A stretch of 64,000 nucleotides of DNA from assembly GCA_951406725.2 (NCBI GenBank), contig OX597828.1, positions 72,664,001-72,728,000 on the forward strand, in the 5' to 3' direction. The position numbers and the translations under genes are program-made. Positions 53,572-64,000 of the stretch are shown here, piece after piece. Origin of the DNA: Octopus vulgaris (Eukaryota). The notes under the pieces are model-generated. The model worked only from the letters and a program-made list of their open reading frames with translations. It was not told where the DNA came from and did no database searches. Within the stretch, counting starts at the first letter, position 1. The number at the start of each line of letters is the position of its first letter.

Positions 53572-54334
53572 GGATTATAGAAGAGACAAGGGGAAGAATT
53601 ACAGGTCTGGACCTAAATCTGAGATACTCTAAAGGTGTACGTAAGAAGAGGTTTCAGATGGCCAACGTTCATTTTTTTTTCTTTATTCAAGAGGCACAGG
53701 TACATTTATATTACCGATACACAAATAACGACAATGCTTTGTTTTACCAAGTTTTACCAAAAGTAACGAACATTTTGTTTTTTGTTTTTGGGAATAAAAA
53801 TGTTAAATTGATATTGTCATCTTGATGTCTTCATGCCTTTCCCCAAGAGCATAAATTGCACAATAACATCTGCTCTGATTACAATTTGAGATAGTTCTTC
53901 AATATTCTGATATTTTTCCCTGTTATCGATTTATTTTGAATAGATATAAAGAATCAACTTTTACGAGAATGGTTTTGACGTTTGTGACTTTCCCAGCGGC
54001 ATTAGCCAACTAAGTGCTGCGGGGGTTAAGACCAGCTGCAACCATTTCACGTCACGCGATACGTTATTACCCTTAATAATACAAAAAAAAAATGTCACAC
54101 AATTTGTTCTCCGCTTGCTATAAATCACATGCTACATGCTTATGTCAAAAATCGATAAGTTAAATTTCTAAAAAAAGTCAGTATTTTCTGTATTCAATTT
54201 CCCTAATGACATGCAACAGCAATAAGATCCGGAGTTCTCTGTGCAGAGCCACCGTTTTGAGCCACTAACCTAAAATCTGTATTCAGTATATAAATTTTAT
54301 AACAAGTCATTTGTCTGAACGACATCTGCCTTTC

Positions 54335-54746
54335 ATCTTTTACTCGTTTCAATCATTAGACTGTGGCCATGCTGAGGCACCACCTTCAAAGTGTTTAGTC
54401 GAATGAATCGAACCCAGTAATTATTTATTTATTTATTTTTAAGCCTGGTACTTATTCAATCGGTATTTGTTCCCCGAACCTCTAAGTTACGGGGACGGAA
54501 ACTCACTAACACCGGTTGTCAAGCAGTGGTGGTGGTGGGGACAAACACACACACACACACACACACACAGATACATATATATACGACGGGCTTCTTTCAG
54601 TTTCCGTCAACCAAATCCACTCACAAGGCTTTGGTTGGCCCGATGCTATAATAGAACACACTTTTTCAAGGTGCCACGCAGTGAGACTGAATCCGGAACC
54701 ATGTGGTTGGCAAGCAAAGTTCTTACCACGCAGCCACGTTTGCGCC
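54335..54746 (-). mobile_element. Full-length OK-like SINE
   Basis: Head ggcgcaaacgtggctgcgtggtaagaactttgcttgccaaccacatggttccgg on the minus strand, internal (CA)n, and the 3' motif. Confidence 0.88.
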
Positions 54747-55039
54747 TAAAATTTTTGAATGTTGAAAAATAAAACTGGAACTCTTCTAGCCCCATTCATT
54801 AGCGAATTTAATCAAATTAAAGAGAATATATCACTGCAAAAAGCATAAGTAGAACCCCCAAGGAAAATTGAAATGAAGGACCACACCGCTGCTGAGGATC
54901 TTTTCCTGCTAAATAGATATCCTCAACATACTAAAAATACGTGGCAAAGGGTGGTCTTCCTCTTCAGACCAGGAGAGTCTTTGACTTCTACCAAATGAAT
55001 GCAATAAAATTCCATCCCCACATTCGTCATTGTTGAGAA

Positions 55040-55750
55040 AGGTTTTAACTGCAGATGCAAGTCATGTACAGGTTCAAACCGTAACTTATGACCCGTTTCG
55101 GCCATGAATGACCATGAAATTTCACTCAGGAAATTGCCCTCCGAAGCACAATTCCGGGCAATGTTGTTTTATGGAAAACCAGCAGTCACCAATGCATACC
55201 AGCCTCCCCTCTCCACACCACTGATGTGATCTAAGGGAAAGGCAAAGGGGCCGATACTTCTTGGCACCTGTGATGTCGCAACTCATTTCTACGGCTGTGT
55301 GGACTGGAGCAACGTGAGAGTGTAATGCTCAAGAACACAACATACAGCCCGACTGAGGAATTGAACTCGCTACCTCATGATAGTCAGTTCGACACTCTAA
55401 CCACTCAGCCATGCGCCATTACCATTTGTTTAACTTCACTGGCACTCAGTCGGTTACGACGATGAGGGTTCCAGTTTATCCGATCAACTCGTGAAATGGA
55501 CGTGCAAGTGACTGAGCACTCCACGGACACGTGTACCCTTAACATAGTTCTCAGAGAGATTCAGTGTGACCTAGAATGTGGAAAGGCTGGACCTTTGCAA
55601 TAGAATTACTACTAATTTTCGCCATCTGACTGAACAGGAGCAACATGAAATAAAGTATCTTGCTCAAGAACGCAGTGCATCGCCGGGTTTCGAACTCACA
55701 ACCTTTCAATCATGAGCTGAATACCCTAACAACAAAGATACACGCCTTCA
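55040..55750 (-). mobile_element. Two adjacent tRNA-derived SINEs
   Basis: Minus-strand heads ggcgcatggctgagtggttagagtg...gagttcaattcc (about 55417) and gaaggcgtg...gtgagttcgaaacccgg (about 55750), each followed by cttgagca. Confidence 0.65.
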
Positions 55751-56563
55751 CTTAGTTAGTCAGTGGCCCGCTGACACTCGCTGACGCTACATCGAAGAGG
55801 CTAAGGAACAGAAGAAAGAAGACATGCACCCAACACCAGAGCTGAAGACACCGCTGAAAGGGGGGGGGGGCGCCACGTCAAAACGGTAGAGGAGTAGGGG
55901 CCTAAACCGGACGTGGTTCCTCCTGATGATGTCTTGAGCTAACTGGATCCTATAAAGGAGCTGTTGTGGTAGCAGACCACAAAACACGGTTGTAATTCCC
56001 TTACTAGCAACAAACCAATGACCACGAGAGGTTTGTTTGTTGCACCTTATACAAGATTTTTACTCCTCACTTTTCCTTTTCCACCACTACTACGCCGGCC
56101 TCTGTTCGTCCACTCTTTTTCATTTCAATTTTGATACACCCGACCCCCGCTGTACCCTTGATCACCCGTATTACCTCCACCCAGTCTCACAGTTACCACG
56201 TGACCCAATAGGTTATCTCGTAGAATGTCAGCCTTTTTTCGCTGTTCTCGAGATTCTTTATTGGTTCGACGGATATCCAGAGGCAACGGGAATCACCGAA
56301 TTCTTTACATCTAATAATTATCTCAACAACTCATTACATTTCAGTCGCCTGCAGCGTTAACTGGTTTAGAAACGCTCGGTTATCTCCTCCCCTAATTAAA
56401 ACAACCAAACTATTTGTTTTATACACACATGCGCACATATACACACACGCATATATATATATACATATATATATATATATGAAAATATATACCTTCATAT
56501 ATATGTACACACATATACATGCATACGTATATATACATATATATATAATATATATATATATGA

Positions 56564-56602
<39 letters not shown>

Positions 56603-57067
56603 TGAGTGTGTGTATAAATGTGCACACATACCTATATACAGACCTATATATGTATTTAAATATATGACATACAAACATATATGTATATACATAAATACAC
56701 AAATGCATATATAAACATATACATATACGCACATATATATATTTAAAACATCATGTATTAAGACTCTATTTCTGTATCCTTTCTCCGTCATCGGTCGTTG
56801 CCTGACAGGCAAAAATCAATCATCACAATTAATCCAATACGCTGATCAACCAATAAAATATTTTGGTAATTTTTCTGTTTTTTTTTTTAAGTGAGAAATT
56901 AATTACAATCCAAAATGAATCATTTGAAAGATGGTTTGAATTGCAATCAGAGATTTGCATTTCTCCGCCTCGAATTTGTTTTGCGGTTAGGCAGAGAGGA
57001 GTGAAATTTTATCGTTTACAGAGAAAAAAAAAAAAAAAACACCCACCAAAATTATCACTAACATATT

Positions 57068-57111
<44 letters not shown>

Positions 57112-57207
57112 ATAATAATAATAATAATGATAATAATAATATCAACATAAACAAGAACAAAAACAATAACAACAACAACAAAAACAACAACAACAACAAT
57201 AACAATA

Positions 57208-57264
<57 letters not shown>

Positions 57265-57484
57265 GTTTCAAATTTTGCAATTTTGGAGGAGAGGACGAGA
57301 CGATTACATCGACCCCAGTATTTCACTGGTACTTAATTTCCCTGGTACTTGATTTATCGACCCCGAAAGGATGTAAGGCAAAGTCGACCACGGTGGAATT
57401 TGAACTCAGAACGTTGCAACGAGCGAAATAAAGTTAAGTATTTAATTCGGCGCACTAACGTGACTGCTAACTCGCCAATGAAGT

Positions 57485-57545
<61 letters not shown>

Positions 57546-57654
57546 AACCTTTCTACTGGAAGCACAAGGCATCACATTTGCGGGAAGAGATTAAGTAGAT
57601 TACATTGACCCCACTACACAACCGGTAGTTAATTTATCGACCCCGTAAGGATGA

Positions 57655-58290
57655 AGGACTAATTGGATACAAGCCAAGAGACATGAAAAGTAAATTTCCA
57701 ATGTAGGTTATGCAAATCGAAAGAGGAGAGTTTTACTCATGTAGTAAGTGAATGTAGCATGCTGGTACAGAAAGAATACAAGAAAAGACATGACCATCTA
57801 GGGAGAGTAATCCACGGTGAGTTACGTAGAACGCTAAGATTTGAACATATTGATAAATGGTATGAACATGAAGCTAGTAAAGGACTAGAAAGTGAGAAAT
57901 ATAAGATGTTGTGGGACTCTAACATTCAGGCTGACAGTAATAGGGGCAAGAAGACCTGATTTAGTAGTAGGAGACAAAGAGAATAAAATGTACCAGATAA
58001 TTGGCTTTACAATACCAAATGTTGAAAAAATGAATATGAAAGGTATAGGAAAAAATAGCAAAGTACCCAGGATCTAGTTTTTGAATTAGAGAGACTATGG
58101 GAAGTGTGGGTAAAATGTACCCCAATAATTATAGGTGCATTAGGAACTATACCTAAAGATTTGAACAGATGGATAGAGGAGCTAGGTATAAATCCCAGTT
58201 TAGTACAACTCCAGAAGACAGTGTTATTAGGGACAGCTAGGATACGTAGGAGGGTAGCCCGATGTGAAGAAGTTTTCTTTTCCGATTCTC
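57655..58290 (+). mobile_element. R4/Dong-like RLE 3' fragment ending in (GAT)/(TAA)n
   Basis: CRLC..HVVSEC, EYKKRHDHLG, MLWDSNIQ, RRPDLVV, PIIIGALGTIPK, LQKTVLLGTARI. Confidence 0.88.
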
Positions 58291-58313
58291 TAATAATGAT
58301 GATGATGATGATG

Positions 58314-58388
<75 letters not shown>

Positions 58389-58682
58389 TTTTCAAATTTT
58401 GGTTCAAAATCAGCAAATTCGGCGGGTGGGGGGGGAGGGTTATATCTATTACCAGTGTTCCACTGGTACTTATTCTATCGACCCACAAAAGGATGAAAGG
58501 GGAAGTCGACTTCGGGAGAATTTGAACTCAATGTGAAGATGGACGAAATGTAGCTAAGCATATTTTCTCCGGCGTGCTAACGTCTCTGCCAGCTCATCGC
58601 CTTAATAACAACAGCAGCAGCAGCAGCGGCAATAATAGTAGTAGTAGCAGCAACAACAGTAATCGTAGTAGTACTAGTAGTT

Positions 58683-59115
58683 TGTCTTTGGTATGACTTT
58701 AAACAACGTCCGGTAGAGGGTCTTGGCTTGGGAGTCACCTCTGAGACGCTATTCCTCGCAGGTCTACCCTGACTTAAAGCAGTGGCACCTATCAGGATCC
58801 CAACTTTGTGTTAGTTAATATATTAGGACTTGCTTATCTACGCATGTGAAGACTGGATCCGGCGGACTCTGCGTCAGGACACACTATGCTTCAAAGGAAG
58901 GGAGGGTGACAACAGCAACGCACTGTGGGGGACAGAGGTCGAGATGAATTACGCCATCTTGACCATCCACTACATCTGTATCCATCCACAGTCGTCGTCT
59001 TGACCTGGTCTTGCCATTCACTGAGGCAATCCTCATCGCATTTGCCCGCCTTTCAACAAATTTTTTAGTATAAGAGACCTTACCCTCGAATATTCGAAGT
59101 TGATGCCATGTCACT
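58683..59115 (-). mobile_element. Possible RTE/RTE-X LINE 3' end
   Basis: Minus-strand TWHQLRIFEGK...RR and a decayed YRCSG zinc-finger-like segment, followed by a 3' UTR ending at (CTA)n. Confidence 0.35.
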
Positions 59116-60032
59116 CAGACGTTTAACAAGTTTAATTAAACGTCCTCCCTTCTAGCGCTATACCTTCTCTAAATTCATAAAACCCTTTCTTAGCCATTAA
59201 TTCCCCGCTCGCATCATGTTTTTCCTTTCACCTCATTCTTGACTGTGTCCGTCTATCCTTCTTTTTCCATTCATCTCTCTTACCATATTTCTCTCTCCTA
59301 TCAAGTCCTGCTCACGCTTGATACTCCGTGGTCCTACATTCCTTATAAGTTACAGTCAGTTTTTTGTAACTGAGAGGACGTACCCATGATGCAATGCAGT
59401 GGGACAGCACCTAAAACCATGTGGTTAAGAAGGGATCTTTTCACTGAACAACCGCACCTGACTCAAACACACTTATACTTTACTCGCGCGCGCACCACAT
59501 GTCTATATAATACCAATTAGGCTATTTTGACATCAATGATTCTATCACATACTTCAAAAAATAAGAAATCTCACGTTCATATCCAGTTACAGACAATGTA
59601 CACAAGTTTTAGAAATACGTTTAGAGTAAAGAGATATATTTCTTTGCATCACCCTTTCTTTTCCATTTATATGCTATCGGAAATGTCAAAACCAATTTCT
59701 CAATAATTCTGTAAATGTGTTATTTACAATAAGCAGCAAGCCAAACGGAAATGAATCTGAAGTCCAAGTTTGTTCTGAGAATTCTCTGAAGCAGTGGAAC
59801 ACGTTTGCTGCCATTAAATAATTCTCCATCACATGTTTGTCTGAAATCCGTTAAATCTTGAGTATGGTCACGTTTGGTTAAATATGATTTCTTTGATAAT
59901 GGATGCAGGCATCTGGCGGTTAGGAGGCAGCGGAGACATTAAGGAATCTCTTTGAATTTCCGACAAGAATTTAAATATATTTATATATCACACACAGACA
60001 TGCACACAAACGAGCACACGCACGCACACACA

Positions 60033-60103
<71 letters not shown>

Positions 60104-60824
60104 TCACACACACACACACTCCAATGCATTTAAAGCAGAAACGGTTTTCTTATTGCCAGAGCACAACATACTTGACGATTTGGATAAACACAGTTTTTTT
60201 CATAAATTTGAATAAAATATATTTAGCTTAATTTCTGTATCGCAATTATATAATTATGGTTGTGTTTATCTTAATGAAACAGCTGTTGAGCAGTATGAAC
60301 TCTATGTGAAAGTTATGTTTTGCTTTTCTGTTAAATGCGTTGCCCTTAAAGACTGTGTTCACCGATTACATACAAAAATGCAACTCTGTCCCCCTTGGAT
60401 TTACTACAATATAGTGACGTATATTTTTGCTGTCGTGCGTAAAACTTAGCCAACCTGGAACGAAGAAACTAGAGTTGCGTACAAAAAGGGTGATGAATGA
60501 AAACTTTGGAAATATAATTATAAGTATTCAACGTATGTTGACAATAGAAAATATTCTAATATTGGGGCATGAGAACCCATTGGAAGTTTATATGGCCTAT
60601 TATTTGATTAGTTTCTATAGTCAATATGCAGGGAAAACACACACGCAAAGATGATCTGGAACTCGATTGAAGAAAGAAAACTCCAAATGACACGTCCTTG
60701 TTTTTTATTGTCCCTTTTTGTATCACCTAACTGTCTAGATGTTTTGTTGTCGCCTGAAGCGTTCTTCTCCCATTTTTTTGTATACATATAGCGGCGTTCG
60801 TACACTTTGGTCTCTTATATGTAA

Positions 60825-60869
<45 letters not shown>

Positions 60870-61184
60870 ATATATATATAATATATATATAATGTAAATA
60901 TATATATATATATATCATATATATATATAATATATATTTGTATGTATATATATGTATATATATTTTTCCCATCCTTTTTTGCTTTTCTTTCTCTCTCTCC
61001 CTCTTTTTCTAAAAACAAAACAAAAACAATACTCTCCTTTTCTAAACAAAGCAAAAAGTCATTCGATTCATGTAAATGAACAACGAAAGTTCTACTTTTG
61101 CCATTTTGATTTTGATTTTGTGTTGAGGAGTTCGATAAACAAATGAAAAGGTTAATAAAGAATTATATAGTCGAATCGGACATT

Positions 61185-61340
61185 AAAAATAATAGAGAAC
61201 GAAACAACAAAAGTACATAAAGTATATTAGCTTGGTGCTCAGTAAAGATGGAAAAAAGAGTAGGCTTTTAACGCCTCGAGCTTAGTTCTTCGTCAGAAAT
61301 AGGAGAAAAGAAAGGTCCAAGGAAGGAAAAAATCCTGGAA
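61185..61340 (-). mobile_element. Old Penelope-like pLTR fragment with decayed hammerhead (61266-61299)
   Basis: Minus strand ttt-CTGACGA-a-GAAC taa GCTC-GAGG-CG-TT-aaa; tail actgagcacc..gctaatatacttt resembles 2290-2325. Confidence 0.5.
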
Positions 61341-63049
61341 AAGCATATGTGGTTACAGGGCTGTGTGTATACACACACACACACATATATATACATGTAT
61401 ATATGTGTGTATGTATGTATCTATGTACGTATGTGTGTATGTATGTGTTTAAGTGCCCAAATAGATGTATGTAACTGCGTATAAAAATGAGGTAAATATA
61501 ACATTAAAACGGTTCTTTAATTCATTTGAGACATCGTTGCTAAGGTCATACTGGGGCACCGCCTGCAGATATTATACACTCTGTAAATCGACACCTTTTA
61601 TCACAATACATTTCTTAAGCTGTGATAGCTTGTAATAATACTTGGAGAATAATGGAATAAGGTATCGACCATTTCCAAGAATAAGGAATATTTAATGTAT
61701 CTATACTTTGTCCCTAGAGTTAATACCAAAAGTACCTGGATACTTAGTTTGGTGCTGACGAGAGGCTGTTAACTTGGGAGTAGCTAGGACTGTTAAAAAC
61801 AACAGCCAAATATACGTCGAATACCCAAAAATTAAATTAAAAACGAAATGCAAGACACGTCGTCTGGTTTTGTATGTACTATAAATGAAATAAAAGCGGT
61901 TGGTCACGGATGGAACATCGTTGATTTTAAGTCTGTCTGATCGGGGCTGACGTGGAGTTAAAAGACAACCGCAACAGCGACAAAAATAAGCAGCAGCAGC
62001 AACACCATAACCACCACCACCACCACCACCACCAACCAACAACAACAACAACAACAACAACAATAACAACAACAACGCCATCATCATCATCATCATCATC
62101 ACCATCATCAACAGCAACTACAACAACGAAGCGACATCAAGGATAACAGCGACAACAACAATGATAAAAACAGTCACAAACCAACTAAGCAACAGTAACA
62201 ACAACAACAGCAGCAGCAACAACAAGAAGCATTAATTGCCTCAAAATTTGATGTTAATGGAAAAGCTAAAAGTACAGCTTATAAGAAACATGATTGCAAA
62301 GTTGGCTTCATTTCCGTCTTCGTTTCGAACCAAATGTCATGGAAATGTTTCCTCTATTGGCTGGAAAGAACTAATGGCATAGGCGTGGCCATCTTGTTCT
62401 ACATTTCGCTTCGTAGCAACAGCATTTCAGTTTCAATCCCCAAAGCCAGAGGCAGGTCAATGAATTATAATCAGAATCTTGTGAGCGAAATATAGAGAGG
62501 AACTGTGTCGGGTCCGAAGAATTGTTACTGCATTGGAATTGTTTGGGCGTTGGACCTTCAAAGAGAAACGGTAGACATAATCCTTAAACCCGCATGGAGA
62601 AGGGTTAACATAAAATATAGCAAGTTTAGCCAAATAAAATATCCTGTTATGTTATATAATATAATTGTTGGATTATTTTATGTTATATTAAAATAATACT
62701 TTTTAACTTTGGTATAAGACCAGAAATGTTCAAGTTGTGAAGCAAGACGATTACAGCGGCCATAGTACTTGAATAATACTTTATTTCATCGACCCCTAAG
62801 GGACGAAATGCACGTCTGACCATAACGGTACTGAACATAAAGAGTTGTAAGAAATACCCTTTAAGCATTTTGTTCGACGCGATACTTATTCTACTAGCTG
62901 GTCACTTAGACATGCTGGGTACCTTTAAGGGAGGCCGCTGTGTTACATGCATCGGAAACGATGTCTCCGGTTTGTGGACAACGTCTTCCCTTCCACCATT
63001 ATTCGAAGTCGCATGGGTGCTGCTCTTTCTGCTGTGGTTTCGCAAGAAT

Positions 63050-63942
63050 TTAAGAATAAACACAAGATATTGTTGAAATTTTCACTGACATGGATGTTGT
63101 AATATTGAGACTGGTACCACAAGACCTTGTTTCCCAACACTTCCAATTTACATCATCATAAACTTAGAGAAGACGAGTGACTGATATTGTTAAACTGTGT
63201 AGTTCTAAGTGGTTAAACACATCTATGACCAAAGCCCTTCCAGTTATGATTATCCATTTCCTATCAACAAAGAGTCTTTCTCACCATATCCAACGTCTAT
63301 TTCAAGATAGTTTGAGGAAAGTTTTGTGGCTATTTTTAGAATATCGAGCGATCGGGAGAAGGGATTCTCTTTGGCTGGTGAGGGTTAGCATTCATAAATT
63401 CAGTTCAAACATTTTACCAAAAGGGTATAAAGTTTTGGTCAGCACTTTTCTGCGAAGGGTTCTTCACGAAAAGTTGGATTATTTTCGTCTCGAGCTTCAC
63501 AAATGCATCGTTTTCTTTGGAAAAATTCTGTGTTTTAGTTTCCTAGTTTCCAACCGTTTCTCTCTTTTGTTCTCTAATGATGCCAGAGACCACGCAAATC
63601 ACACTTCGACATAAACCTCACCCAGTTATCGTGTCCTCTCACTTGCCAAAGAATCCCACTAGAACAATGGCTGTTCCGATCGCCATTCTCCTATTAACAT
63701 CGGAAAGAGCTTTTTTCTATGTTTTCATTTAACACAGATTCTCTTTGAAAATAACTTGTTTGAGAAAACCTTCAAACGTATCAACTAAAGAATTTTAATA
63801 AAAACTTTTACAATTTAACGCTGCAATAACTTGCTTACTTCTCAACAGTCATCCATTGAAGCAAAGAGTTTCCGGGTTTTAATCTTTAGAATAACTTAAA
63901 ATCACTTTAAATACACTTTGAATAATTATCATACGGCCCCTA
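63050..63942 (-). mobile_element. Highly decayed mariner-like transposon remnant
   Basis: Minus-strand remnants resembling FAWSL...EQK.KRLE (WVP-region) and the N-terminal HTH region. TIR-like end ataattatcatacggcccc|ta. Confidence 0.4.
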
Positions 63943-64000
63943 CCTAAACCGAAACTCAGCTCATTCTAGGTTTGTTTCCTAATGTAATTCTTGTAAATCA

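Noticed and set aside
55790-56410. 107-aa ORF 56037-56360 with upstream TATA-like tataaagg
   Set aside because: Non-ATG start and no recognisable domain; probably an unclassified TE terminal fragment.
63177-63614. 145-aa plus-strand ORF
   Set aside because: Likely the antisense shadow of a decayed mariner-like remnant; no domain motifs.

Overview
AT-rich, microsatellite-dense eukaryotic DNA that is intergenic or intronic. It is most likely from an octopus, inferred from recognisable tRNA-derived SINE families and repeat content, not proven. No host protein-coding gene can be supported: nearly all long ORFs are translations of (TA)n, (CA)n, (TATC)n or (TAA)n repeats. The window holds several mariner elements with TIRs and TA target duplications, a same-strand cluster of R4/Dong-like RLE retrotransposon fragments embedded in (TAA)n, Tx1/L1-, CR1- and RTE-like LINE remnants, a Helitron-like element with stacked 5' ends, and many SINEs. 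The most interesting signal is a set of about 10 minimal type-I hammerhead ribozyme motifs, from intact to degenerate, in Penelope-like pLTR fragments mostly next to (TA)n tracts. Two carry the compensatory U3-A8 core. Five fold-back insertions in the same setting (arms up to about 320 bp) share a long-arm/short-arm architecture, and in two of them ribozyme motifs read outward from the arms. A SINE that shares its 3' tail with a LINE-like 3' end forms dimers with the same internal junction at two loci.
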